Assembly: GCA_951406725.2 (NCBI GenBank)
Contig: OX597824.1
Coordinates: forward strand, 72,292,001 to 72,356,000
Source of the DNA: Octopus vulgaris
Lineage: Eukaryota
Direction: 5' to 3'
Length of the DNA stretch: 64,000 nt
Under the pieces are notes generated by a model. The model was not told the DNA's origin. It ran no database searches and saw nothing but the letters and a program-made list of their open reading frames with translations. The stretch's first letter is position 1; each line of letters starts with the position of its first letter. The position numbers were made by a program, and so were the translations under genes. Positions 12,632 to 25,990 of this stretch are shown piece after piece.

Positions 12632-13164
12632 GCATATGTATGTATGTGTATGTATGCGTATGGATGTATGTGTATATATGTGTATGTATGCGTATGTATG
12701 TATGTATGTATGTATATGCATATGTATGTATGTATATGTATGCATGTGTATATATATATGCATATACATTCAAACACACACATGATGATGATGGTTGTCA
12801 CATCTTAACAGATGATAGCGGTCTCACATTCAGCTTGATTGTTCTGATTTACTTTCATCCTTGCTTCTACACAGAATCGCCATTGCCCTGGGACTTTATA
12901 AAATACAAAACAGATCCAGAACTGAAATGATAATGAGACGTCTGTACATCCTAGGATTTAAGTGACAAATGCTTATACAAGAAGCATACACATACATGTT
13001 TATTTATGCTGTGTGTATACATAATTATATAATTTTGAAATAGCCTTACTTTTATGTGTGTGTGTGTGTATATACCCCTTATATGTTTGTGTATGTGTAA
13101 AATAAAACTACACATCTCTGTCTATGAAATAACATTGCATATTTAAACTAACTCACAAACACAT

Positions 13165-13368
13165 TAATAATAATAATAGTAATAATAATAGTAATAATAA
13201 TAATAATAATAATAATAGTAATAATAATAGTAATAATAGTAATAATAATAGTAATAATACTAATGATAGTAATAATAATAATAGTAATAATAATAATGAT
13301 AGTAATAATAATAATAGTAATAATGATAATAATAATAGTAATAATAATAATAATAATGAAAATAATGA
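13165..13368. repeat. (AAT)n/(AATAGT)n microsatellite
   Basis: Direct reading. Confidence 0.95.
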
Positions 13369-13904
13369 TTTTAATTTTGGTTGGATAATTTTCCTATATT
13401 ATTTCAAAACAAAAGAAGCTTCAATTTATATTTCTAATTTTTAAACACATATTATTATTATTGTGTTTATTCTTGTTTATACATATTAGTTTTGGGGTCT
13501 GTGTACAAGTGTGAGTGTGTGTGTATTAGTGTGTTAGTAAAGTGGATTCTTTCCCAATTCTTTGGTGTCTGGTGTGGTTGACCAGTATGAACTGAATGAA
13601 ACTGTTAGAGTTGAGAAAAATCATCACATATGTAAAAAGTGTGAGCTTGTGTGTGTTGTTCCTTCATTCATTAAGAAAGAAAATGTGGAAAGAATTTATA
13701 TATGTGGATTTGCATGAATGCATACACACACATGTATGTGTATATACATATTTGTATATATGTATATACACATACAGGTTTGAAAATATATATAAATATA
13801 TATCCAAGTATGTATGTGTACATATATTTATATGTACATATGTCTCCCTCTCTCTCTTTCAAGATATATATATATATACATATATGTATAAATGTTTATA
13901 TATA

Positions 13905-14550
<646 letters not shown>

Positions 14551-15539
14551 TGTATATATATATATATACACACATACACATGTATATATATCCATATACA
14601 TATGTATATATGCATATATATATGTATAAATGTTTATATATGTTATGTATATATATACACATGTATATATATCCATATACATATGTATATATGCATATAT
14701 ATATGTATAAATGTTATGTATATGCATATATATATATATATATATATATACACGTATGCATATATATATATATAGATATGTATATACATGCATAGATATG
14801 TGTGTGTGTATATATATATATATACACACACATATCTATGCATGTATATATGTATATATATACATACATATGTATATGTGCATGTGTGTGCGTAAGAAAT
14901 ATTTGTCATCTGTTTGTAACAATCTCTACTGCCACACTATCACCACATACCACTGCTGCTGCTGCTACTACTACTACTTGCTACTGCTACTACACCATGG
15001 CTTTGTTACTACTACTATTACTACTTACTATTTCTACTCTGTTGTTACTGTTATTGCCATAAGAAAGGACTAATAATTTATGTTATTTGTTTTTTGTTGT
15101 TTTTTTTATTTTAACTTGTAAATAAAATTTTGAAAAAATAATGACAAATGAAAAAAATCAAGAGAAAAATGCTAAAATTAAAAGCAAAATTGTAAAATAA
15201 AAAATATGAGAAATGTAAAATAAAATGTAAAAATTATATAAATAAAATATATATATATATATTGATATATATGTATATGTAAAACAAGATGTTTTGTAAA
15301 TGATGTTTCTGATGTAAGCACAAGGCTACAGATTTTGATCAGATTATGTAATCAATTATATATTGGTTTTAGTAGTGATTGGTACTTAATATATTGACCC
15401 CAGATGTTGATCTTGGTGAGTTGATCTTGGTGAGATCTGATCTAGACATAAGGAGCTGGAATAAATACTACAAAACATTTTTGTTTGATGCTCTACCAAC
15501 TCTTCAAATTTGCCAGCGACCATGTTCTAGTGCTAAGTG

Positions 15540-17714
15540 GGGGGTAACAGATTAAGCTTATTCCCATATTTGAACCAGTGATCTCAGTAGTGCTGAAACC
15601 ATAAAAAAAAAATCCAGTATACTCAGTAAAGTGGCTGACGTTAGAAAGGACAGGTTTGTTTAGCAAGAGCTGAAGCAGAAAGGAAAATTTGCCAATGTCT
15701 TACAGCAGGAGGTGTTCTGGATTGCATGACAGTGTATAGACCCAGGAAGAGATGAAATGAAGCAGTGAAAATGCTGAACCTCATGGAGGAAATGACAAAG
15801 CACCAAGATGAATTGCGATTTGCTGTGCTTGCAAAGACCTGTCCATCACAACAAATATGAAGTTCTAAAGGTATGGGAGAGAAGTGTGTATGGATGTATA
15901 ATGGTATGCTTGCACTTTGTGATTCTAAAAACAAAGTAGAAGGAAAATGCTAACTATGAAAAGCTATTAAATATGGAGAATACATGGTAGAAAGAGCCTC
16001 CTCGTTGTTGATTCTATAGAGGAACTCAGCTATCCTAGTTGACAGCAGTGTGGTAGATAAAGGAAAGCCCTCGGTACATCAGGAATTACTGCTGAGATTC
16101 TTAACCCTTTCATTACCAACCCGGCTGAAACCGGCTCTGGCTCTTTGTACAAATGTCGTGTTTTTATAAGTTCTGAATTAAGATCTTCCACCAAACCTAA
16201 GTCACAATTTATGTTCCCAACTCTAGCTGAATGATAACTAAGTTATTTTACTAAATTCTTTGTTATATATAACGTAATTGAAAGAAACACAGAGCATCTC
16301 AACAGAAATACAGTAACAAAAGGGTTAAAATATCTTAATTATTTTTGGTGTGCCTTGTCACCTATATAGCAAACCAGGTTAATCAGGAAGGTGTCATACC
16401 CAATGACTGGTATAGCAATATCCTAGTTACAAGATGTTACAAGACCAAAGGAGATGCCTTTAGTAGAAGTAATTAGACGTATCAAATTGTTGTGCCATGT
16501 CATGAAAGTCTGAGAGAGAAACAGAATTTGGCTAAGTAAGATGCAGTTTAATTTTGTGCCAGGAATTACTATTGATGCCACCTTAGACAACTGCAGTATT
16601 TAGCTCAGAGTAAACTATGGCACATTTTTTGACTTGGAGAAAGCCTTCAACAGAATTCCTTGCTCTGTGATTTGGTACTCTCTGGGGAAGCTAGGTTGCA
16701 GACAAATGGCTTGCAAAAGTCATACAAGCCATGTACAGGGGTGCTGTTAATAAGGTGATAGTTAGCTATGAGTTCAGCACTGAATTTAGAGTACAGGTAG
16801 GAGTTCACCAGGGCTCAGTTCTCAGTCCCTTAGTATTCATTATTGACTTTCATTCCAAAACAGAAATTTGAAACAGGCTGCCCCTGGGAACTACTGTACG
16901 ATGATCTCATTCTTGTTGAAGAATCTTTAATAGAATTAGAAATTACAGGTGTTGCAGTAAAACCTGGAATCAAAGAGTCTTAAGCAAAGACCAAAGTTCT
17001 AGTAAGCACAGGTAAATGGCCTTACTTGATATGTAGGAAGGGTGTAGGCAGGAATTCCATATGATGCACCTAGTGCAAGCTATGGACACAAAAAAAGATG
17101 TTGTAGAATCACAGGGGAGCTAATGAAGAAAATAGTGTTTATATGTGAAAGGTGCCTGGGAACAATGATCACTCAAGACAATAGATTCTTTCCAATGCCT
17201 AAAAGGCTCCCTGCAGGTAGCAGATAGTTTCTGTTACCTTGGGACATAACTTGAAGTAGGGGAGGATGCTCTGAAAGTATAGTTTCTAAAATAAGAATAG
17301 GTTGGAGGAAGGTCAGAGAACTATTAACACTGTTGGTAACAAAAGATGTCTCTCAAAATGAAAGGCAGACTGTATGATGCTGGTGTATGAACAGCAATGC
17401 TACATGGGCACGTAATGCAGAGGACATGCAATGACTAGAGGGAAATGAAGCCAATGTAGTTTGTTGGATGTGCAGTGTCAGTATGCATGTATAAGAGGAA
17501 TAAGAAGTTTGCAAGAGAGGACTACACTGGTTTATGAATGAGAACATCTGCTTAAAGAGGTGCCAGACACTTAAAGTGGATGGGACTTGTAGAAGAGGGA
17601 GACCCAGGAAGAGATGAAATGAAGCAGTGAAGGCTGATCTGAAGATGCTGAACCTCATGGAAGAAGTGACAAAGCACCAAGAGGAATTGCGATTTGCTGT
17701 GCTTGCAAAGACCT
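15540..17714 (+). mobile_element. Decayed RTE-clade LINE ORF remnant
   Basis: DLEKAF, VGVHQGSVLSPLVFII, PWELLYDDL, KTKVLVS, a Cys-rich insert (ICRKGVGRNSI..CKLWT), DSFCYLG and RRGRPRK; many stops. Confidence 0.85.
16105..16324. mobile_element. piggyBac-type MITE family 1, inserted in the RTE
   Basis: TTAA|CCCTTT ... AAAGGG|TTAA. Confidence 0.85.
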
Positions 17715-18734
17715 TGTAACAAGATGAAAGGTCTGTAACACTGGATGGGTGTAGCTCTCATCCTTGACATTAAAATATTAATCGAAGGAAAGAGTCAAGA
17801 CTCCTGATTAACTTCAACAGCATGAATATTTTATTTCTGGATTCGCAATATATACATTTTCCTTTCAGGGCGAATCGGCAGCCTAGGAGCTCATTGCAGT
17901 AGTCAAGTGGAGTGAGCCAAATCCTGTCCATTCAAGCATAGCGTAGCAACGCCATGAGGTGCAGCTTGAGAGAGCTGCTAAAAACACATCCATCCTGTTC
18001 AGCTGTCAGCATTTGAGAGACCGAACGAAGGAAATTTTGCTGCTGCTAGTTTTCTGCGCATGCACATGAGGGAACTTCCGGCAGGCCTCCCGGAAGAATC
18101 CAACTCTGCTCATGCGTGCTGAAGATTTCCATCCTGTCCATCACAACAAATATGAAGTTCTAAAACATTTTGTCTATTCTTGTTCATGTTGGACTCTTTC
18201 CCTACTCCCGTTTTTTCCCCATCAGGTATTCCCCACATCTTATCTCCCTAACCCCAAAAGTCATCCCTCCTTGTCACATTGTATCCTCTTTTTTGCATTT
18301 CAAGTTACTGCCTCCTCCCACCTCCATTCTCATTCTTTCCCCACACCATGAGGATTGATTACCTCCTTTGTGTCTCCAGTTATCTCCCCTGCTCCTCTAC
18401 CACACACTAATATACTCAGTATACGAATTAATTTGTTCCCAGAGACTGCTTGTAAAGCAAAAAACTTATAAAGCAGAGCAAAAATTTCCCATAATAGCAA
18501 GGGAATTTCATACCATTATTTTATTCCACTGCTGTGTAGATGTATAAGAACCAGTGTTGCCACATACACAAAATGGCTGTTTAACCTTTTATATTTATTA
18601 TAAAATAAAACTCGTAAACCTGGGGTCTCAAAAAAGCGGGTCCTCATAAAATGAGGTATTACCTGTAATTCATCTTAACACTGCATATCTGCTGTCTTTC
18701 TCAATACCTTCTTATATCTGCCACCATTCCTACT

Positions 18735-19000
18735 CATTATTAGGTGATCATGTGACCACTCAGGCTATCAGATGTTGTTACACATCACTGCTCACAATGC
18801 GCTTTGCATCATTTTAGACTTCAAATGATGCCACCCCACTGGCTAGGTGACCAGGCCAATATTCCCCTCTGATTAAAAAGGGGATTGGAGCAACGTGAAA
18901 TAAAATGTTTTGCTCAAGAACACAACACACCACCTGGTCTGGGGATCGAACCCATGATCTAGTGATTGACTGCAACAGCCTAGCCACTAGGCCATGCACC
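18735..19000 (-). mobile_element. tRNA-derived SINE
   Basis: Minus strand TGGCCTAGTGG ... GGTTCGATCCC, then gtgttcttgagcaa core. Confidence 0.7.
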
Positions 19001-19420
19001 TTTATTTACCTCAACATCTCCCTCCCCATCAACTCCTATGCGTTGGTCATTCTCCCTCACTTACTGATCTATCACCCCCAAGTCACTTTTATCTCACTCA
19101 CCTAACCCACCCTCCTCTGCCCAACATTGATACTTCCCACCCTTTCACCCCTGCTCACCACTTACTTCATTCACCTCTTGCCCCACATCTAACCAACTGT
19201 TATTCTCCTTTTACACTCTTATAATTCCCACCCCCTTATCCACTGCCATATCCTCTCTTGCCCCTTGTAGGGTTTGTTTTGATACCCCATTACTACCATC
19301 TTATCTTCTTCCCAGCTATTCCCACTTGCCCTTACATAATTCAGGGTAGCCATGTATGAAGTGGTATCAAAACGTTCTTGGACTAGCTATGTTTAATAAA
19401 TAATAACTTATTTACCTAAG

Positions 19421-19830
19421 GTGCAGGAGTGGCTGTGTGGTAAGTAGCTTGCTTATGGAAGAGCTGTGTGATAAGAAGTTTGCTTACCAACCATGTGGGT
19501 CCAGGTTCAGTCTCACTGCGTGGCACCTTGGGCAAGTATCTTCAACTATAGCCTCAGGCCGACCAGAGCCTTATGAGTGAATTTGGTAGACGGAAACTGA
19601 AAGAAGCCTGTCATATATATGTATATATATATGTGTGTGTTTGTGTTTGTGTTTGTCCCACCAACATCGCTTGACAACCGATGCTGATGTGTTTACGTCC
19701 CCGTAACTTAGCGGTTCAGCAAAAGGATGAAAGGCAAAGTTGACCTCAGTGGAATTTGAATGTAAAGCTGGAAAAAATGCTGCTAAACATTTTGCCCAGT
19801 ATACCAATGACTCTGCCAGCTTACCATCTT
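19421..19830. mobile_element. SINE B (+, duplicated head) fused to a SINE A fragment (-)
   Basis: Two gctgtgtg.taag heads; abrupt switch to family A reverse complement near 19722. Confidence 0.75.
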
Positions 19831-20445
19831 AGTAATAAACGGAAGAACAAGGAAATTATTATTCTTTTTGTTTTATATCTAATATTTGACGCGAGCATGA
19901 ATCTGATGTTTTTCCTTTTTTCTTATTAGGCCAATTAGTTTATTATAGCTGGAATGTATGAGTGAGACATCGTCTTCAGACTTGTCCTAAGAGAGCTGTG
20001 ACTCCAAATAAGAACTGACTTGATCCATGATGATCTGTTCAACCCATGCCAGTATAAAAAGCAGATGTAGAATGATGACAGCAACAATGATGATGATAAT
20101 GCCGTTGGCCTTCCTTCTATTCAACATCCAACTATAAAATAGCAACAGACTCTGTCTTCTGTTTTCTCTACTACCTTTAGTATTCTGCAGCAGCATCTTC
20201 TAAGAGGTAAATTAACTAAAAAGAGAGTCAGTGATTGTTTTGTTTTAGCATTTTGATAGAATGAATAAAAAAATCCAAACACTAATCAAATATAATGAAA
20301 AGGAACAATATATGTTAACTTTGTTGATGCTTTTATCAAAACATTGTTTAAAATCAATCAAAATTTAATAAATTCATATTTTCTTAATTTTACTGTGTCA
20401 TATATTTATTATCTTACATTTGTCATAAAAGTTATTTGTTATAAA

Positions 20446-20658
20446 AGTGGCTGTGTGGTAAGTAGCTTGCTTACCAACCACATGGTTACGGGTTCAGTCC
20501 CACTGCGTGGCAACTTGGGCAAGTGTCTTCTACTATAGCCTCGGGCCGACCAAAGCCTTGAGTGGATTTGGTAGATGGAATCTGAAAGAAGCTTGTCGTA
20601 TATATGTATATATATATATATGTATGTTTGTGTGTCTGTGTTTGTCCCCCCAACATCG
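20446..20658 (+). mobile_element. SINE family B, 3'-truncated
   Basis: Family B consensus. Confidence 0.8.
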
Positions 20659-22266
20659 TCCCTTGTTTTGCATGTGATACATAGGACAAGCAAAGAGTTG
20701 GGGATTTGGTTGCTATTTCTAGCTTGACATGTCCACGTACAGGCTTCGACAGTGGCTCGTGAGATTCAGGTATGTGATTATTGACCTCTTGGTTTTGAGT
20801 TCAAATTTTTCAATAAAGTCATTGCTGATTGGACCTGAATATATGCCATGACCGTTCCAGTTAGTGTAACTAGCTCCTATTTCACGCCAGCAATAAAAAA
20901 TTTGTATTTAAAAAATCCGCAACATCAAAATGGGACCAGCTCGCTCATATTAGCACAGAAAACTGCATGCAAAGCGGTTAAAACGGTTTCTACTTTAGAC
21001 TTTGTGCCAGGGATTTTTGAGAGGAGAATTGTAAATCGATTACATCGACCCTAGTACTTGATTGATACTTTATTTTATCGATCACGAAAGGATTAAAGAC
21101 AAATTTGACCTCGGGGGGGATTTGAACTGAGAACTTAAAAATAAAAGAAAAATAACTGAATTGATTATTATATACACAAACCACATCTAGTCTCTAGTGT
21201 GTTAGTAATTATTTTCAATAACTCAGGTATTTTCTTTTCCCAAAAACAAATCATTCAAAAATGTGTGTACGAAAAAGAAAACGTAGTCGAAAGATGTTTT
21301 AAAGAAAGAAATGTAACTCTCAAGGGAAGTAATTGCTATTTAACAAGGAAACAGAGTTATTTGCACTTAGACCACTAACTCACAAATATCTCGCTTGCAA
21401 ATCACCTAATATTAAGGAAACGTATTTCCATTAGTCCTTTTATGAAGAAGAAAACAAAATAGAGTTTTTATCCATCTAATATTTTTTTTTCTTCGCCAGA
21501 GAGTTAAACCACCTTAATTTTATTTGGCAAATGATTTTAGCTTAATAGAGGCCATCGATTGGTTAAAATTCGAAAAATTAAACTACGTTAAACTTACAAA
21601 TTACAATTTTCTCAAGAAAGCCAAGAAAAAAAAAATGTTTTATTCTACCAGTATACGAAGTTTAAAAGTGTTTAGTTAACTAGAAATTATGTTGAAAACT
21701 GCCGTTCAAAAGGGAAAGATCCATATATTGTCGAGGCTGAGCCAGGGACAAAGCTTCTAAATAGCATCTCAAGCTGCTAAAAATAGCTGCTGAATCCTTC
21801 TCATACGCTAACGTCTTTAAAAAAATCGGATAAAGCAGTCCAAGGTATAGTAAGTTTGAAATGCTTTTGATCATTGGTCTGTTTAATCATGTTTGATGAA
21901 GAGAGGGCAGACAACAACGTGGATGAAGAAGGAACTAAGCATTTGATCGAAATACTTGCCACAGAGGTAACTTTACTGAAAGTTTGCCTAAGGACTATGT
22001 GGTACTGCTAAACGGGACAGTATTAGAAAAGTTGTCATCCTGCTATAACACTCACCAGATATCTATTCGACACTTCTGCTTCTGCTTTGCTGACCTCATT
22101 ACAGATAGAGGTTAAACTACTTAACCTCGTTACCCCTTTACCTGTCCAAAACATTTTCATAGGTTTGCCCTTAACGTCCATGCTTGTTTTCAGACTTTTA
22201 GTTAGCCCGTTTCTTACATTGAATAATATAAAGCTTTTCTTTCATAAGTTACAAGTTACTCTAACA

Positions 22267-22633
22267 CAGTGATTCCCAACGTGAAGAATACGCCCCACCG
22301 GTGAGGTCTGGGAAAAATTGTGGGGTGTTTGATCCCATTTTTTTCTTTCTAGTGGGATATGGAATTGTGAAAATCTTTTTTTCCCCAACAAACATAGCAC
22401 ACCAGTACTGAGCCTAGTCAAACCAATCCCTCTAGCCAAGCATACTGTGTGAAGACTTTGCTACTGTATGGCGCTATTCTAATGTTCTAGTATGAATATT
22501 TCTTAAGGAAAGTATATAAACAGGAAACATTAAAAATAAAGTTTTTTTTCTTTTTTCCCAACGACAGGTGGGGCATAGATTTTTATGGGAAGTTGTAGTG
22601 GAACTTGGGAGAAAAGTAGGTTAGGAAACACTG
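22267..22633. mobile_element. hAT-like MITE
   Basis: CAGTGATTCCCAAC ... GTTAGGAAACACTG; imperfect 8-bp TSD ctctaaca/cactaacg. Confidence 0.6.
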
Positions 22634-23199
22634 CACTAACGGCTGTAAAAAAATAGTAATGTGTATAATATATGATGCATAGACGTCAGGGGAATATGGC
22701 CTATGTATCATATGTGATACATAGTACAGGTAAAAGGTTGAAGCTATGTAGCTTTCGACAGTCGACGCTCATAGTCCAGTATAGATAAATGGGTGGGGAA
22801 AAAACATAGCCAATTCAAATAAATCTAAGATGCCCCCCCTCCTCACCGCAATAGAAAGAATTATATGAAGGCAAATTCCAGTTTGCCTTCCTTTTAAAAT
22901 ACTGAGGACAGAATTTTACAGTTTTTTTTTCTTCTTTGTAGTGGAGAGCATTGAATTTCTTAGCTTGAGAACAATAATATGCCGGTGGAGGTCAACTCTG
23001 CATTCCATACTTCTGAGGTCGATGAAGCGTCATGGACGTGACTAGAATTAACAATACGGGACGAAATTGCTAAGCAGTGACGTGTATAAACACAAACTTG
23101 TTCCCTGTTCAAAATTGTATGAGGTGAGGTGTATTCGAACCTACAAGAATCCATTCGCTATATTTTGTCATGGAGAAAATTTCTCGCTGGAAATAGAGA

Positions 23200-23939
23200 G
23201 GTTCACAGCGAACTGACTCAGTGTGTTTACTACACCTACCTATACCCGGCGGGAAATTTTCGGTACTATTTAAGAAGAGTGGTCCCGGTGCGCGCACTCG
23301 CATAGTAGCGCATCCGTGCTAGCTAGTTGTGACTGGTCGATCCTATAACGACTACCTAGCAAAGTAAATAAAACACAAAATAAATAATTTTTGGGATCTT
23401 TTCACTTTCACCGGCAGATTTTTAAAATAAGATCCTTTTTTTTTTTTTTACACAAAGTAAATAATTTTTTTAAAACAAAGTAAATAAAAGACAAAAAGCA
23501 CAAAGTAAATAATTTTTTAAATAAAGTAAATAAAACAATAACAAAAAGTAAGGATCGACTAGTCAGCGCGGATGTGCGAGAATGCGAGTGCGCGCACCGG
23601 GACCACTCTTCTTAAGTAGTACCACACTTTTGAACCGGCAACAAGTTTGTATTTAGAATTAACAATAAACAAGGTTAAGACCTTCTTGTAACAGTGAGAA
23701 GAGAGGAATGGAACGGGAGAGAGAGATAACAATAGTGTTCGAAAGCGATGGGGGGAGGGGCCAAATGACCTTTGTGTGGAGAGTTATTGCACCCAGAGTT
23801 GGGAGAGTGGCATAACTCCCGGAAAGCGAGTGAAAAGAGAAAGTGAAATGAATTGTGAGACGAAGAGATAAAAGCGAAAGGAAGGAACTGACTAATCTCA
23901 GTTTTCCAAGAAAGCGACGGCGCCAGAAGTCAATTACAA
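23200..23939 (+). promoter_or_regulatory. Probable NUDT14 promoter/5'UTR region
   Basis: Locally CpG-richer unique sequence directly upstream of the ATG; E2F-like GGCGGGAAA near 23248-23256; interrupted by a MITE. Confidence 0.4.
23262..23623. mobile_element. Long-TIR MITE (Merlin- or MULE-like) upstream of NUDT14
   Basis: TIR GGTACTA(C/T)TTAAGAAGAGTGGTCCCGGTGCGCGCACTCGC at both ends; AT-rich core of aaagtaaata repeats. Confidence 0.85.
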
Positions 23940-24020
23940 ATGGAGAACATTAGTGACGTGACCGTGTCGACATTCGACAAATCCAGATATATTAAACCCG
24001 TCAGGTTACATTACAAACAG
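23940..24020 (+). CDS. NUDT14: NUDT14-like Nudix hydrolase, coding exon 1 (MENISDVTVSTFDKSRYIKPVRLHYKQ)
   Basis: ATG at 23940, 27 codons, then donor CAG|gtacgt. Resembles the human NUDT14 N-terminus (..SPYLRPLTLHYRQ, recalled). Confidence 0.9.
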
Positions 24021-24274
24021 GTACGTAAACAGAAGACGTTGCAGATTTAATTATTCTATCTACTTAAAAGTGTTTCTTGTCGCGGCCCCTTTTATTAACT
24101 ACCTCGTTCTTCCTCGCCCCTACCATCTCTGTATTTCTCGTTTACATAACATTGACTAGATCGATTTCTGTTTATCTGTGTGTATCTTTGCATCAACATG
24201 TTTCTTTCTCTCTCTCTCTCTCCATTTCGACCCTCTTCGTATATCTCGTTTTTCTCCTTACCCTAATAGTCACG

Positions 24275-24484
24275 CTTAGCACGCCGGGCGAAATGCGTAG
24301 CCGTATTTCGTCTGCCGTTACGTTCTGAGTTCAAATTCCGCCGAGGTCGACTTTGCCTTTCATCCTTTCGGGGTCGATAAATTAAGTACCAGTTACGCAC
24401 TGGAGTCGATGTAATCGACTAAATCCCTTTGTCTGTCCTTGTTTGTCCCCTCTGTGTTTAGCCCCTTGTGGGTAGTAAAGAAAT
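24275..24484 (+). mobile_element. SINE family A
   Basis: gagttcaaattccgccgaggtcgactttgcctttcatcctttcggggtcgataaattaagtaccag core. Confidence 0.85.
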
Positions 24485-24666
24485 ATATATTGTTCTTAGA
24501 GTGTAGTCGATCAAATGTACCTCAGTACTTATGCCTGGCACTATCGTTATCCTATTGTGCCGAACCGCTAGCTGTAGAAACGTAGACAAACCAACATCGA
24601 TTGTTGAAGCTATGAGAGACATGAAAACACAGGCACACTCATACACACATCTAGTTAGAAGTTACT

Positions 24667-24967
24667 GTTCTACTTAAGAAGAGTGGTCCCGGTGCGCGCA
24701 CTCGCGTAGTCGCGCATCCGCGCTAGCTAGTCGTGACTAGTCGATCCTTACTTTGTGTTTTTGTATTTTATTTACTTTGTGGGTACCACTTAAGAAGAGT
24801 GGTCCCTGTGCGCGCACTCGCATACTCACGCATCCGCGCTAGCTAGTCGTGACTAGTCGATCCTACAACGACTGACACAAAGTAAATAAAACACAAAGTA
24901 AGGATCGACTAGTCACGACTAGCTAGCGTGGATGCGCGCACCGGGACCACTCTTCTCAAGTAGTACC
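24667..24967. mobile_element. Composite three-TIR copy of the same MITE
   Basis: Half element plus full element (24782-24967), bounded by the duplication gaagttact (24658-24666, 24968-24976). Confidence 0.85.
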
Positions 24968-25200
24968 GAAGTTACTTGTCTGAAGTGTCGTACACTGAAA
25001 CTGAACTCCAAACCACATGGTTGTGAAATGAACTTCTTAACCACATTATATAAGACTGGCGTAACTCGGGGAGTGCACAAGTTTCGCTACTGAAAAGAGA
25101 ACTACATAAACTACAAAGTGTGCCAGGGCGATGGGTGTCTTTTGTTGTGATAGAAGAGACAACGGTAAATAGCTGACAAGCCTGTATATATACAGGGTGT

Positions 25201-25588
25201 GTGGAGGCGCAATGGCCCAGTGGTTAGGGCAGCGGCCTCGCGGTCATAGGATCGCGGTTTCGATTCCCAGACCGGGCGTTGTGAGTGTTTATTGAGCAAA
25301 AACACCTAAAGTTCCACGAGGCTCCGGCAGGGGATGGTGGTGATCCCTGCTGTACTCTTTCACCACGACTTTCTCTCACTCTTACTTCCCATTTCTGTTG
25401 TACCTGTATTTCAAAGGGCCGGCCTTGTCACTCTCTGTGTCACGCTGAATATCCCCGAGAACTACGTTAAGGGTGCACGTGTCTGTGGAGTGCTCAGCCA
25501 CTTACACGTTAATTTCACGAGCAGGCTATTCCGTTGATTCGGATCAACCGGAACCCTCGTCGTCGTAACCGACGGAGTGCTTCCATCC
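25201..25588 (+). mobile_element. tRNA-derived SINE (family D), full length
   Basis: A box TGGCCCAGTGG, B box GGTTTCGATTCC; 11-bp TSD atacagggtgt. Confidence 0.85.
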
Positions 25589-25591
25589 ATA

Positions 25592-25798
25592 CAGGGTGTC
25601 CCAGAAGTCGCGCAGCATTCTGGTTTTCGTTAAAAATAATTCACGCAATTCATTTTACTTTTATAACTGATGCATTTTTTATTGCAGAGGCTGCTCAATT
25701 TGAGCATTTGCTATGATTATTTTCAAAAAGTGTTTTTGAAATCAATAAGGGTGCATTATTTTTATAAAACCAGGGTGGCGCGCGACTTCTGGGACACC

Positions 25799-25801
<3 letters not shown>
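25592..25801. mobile_element. Tc1/mariner-type MITE
   Basis: TIR CAGGGTGTCCCAGAAGTCGCGC / GCGCGACTTCTGGGACACCCTG, TA flanks. Confidence 0.9.
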
Positions 25802-25849
<48 letters not shown>

Positions 25850-25902
25850 CAATAATAAATCTCTGAGCGAGGTATAAACAGTAGCTGCACGACATCGTGA
25901 AG

Positions 25903-25990
25903 TATATTTGTCACTTAAATGTGACTAATCCCTAAGGGTGGATGCTACTGTAGCATCCACCCTTATGGGTTATCCACATTTAAGTGACAA

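Noticed and set aside
12782-12847. Box C/D snoRNA (ATGATGA..CTGA)
   Set aside because: The C box is part of a (GAT)n microsatellite; no terminal stem or recognisable rRNA guide.
25205-25278. tRNA gene
   Set aside because: A and B boxes are present but there is no proper acceptor stem; it continues into a SINE body with a TSD.
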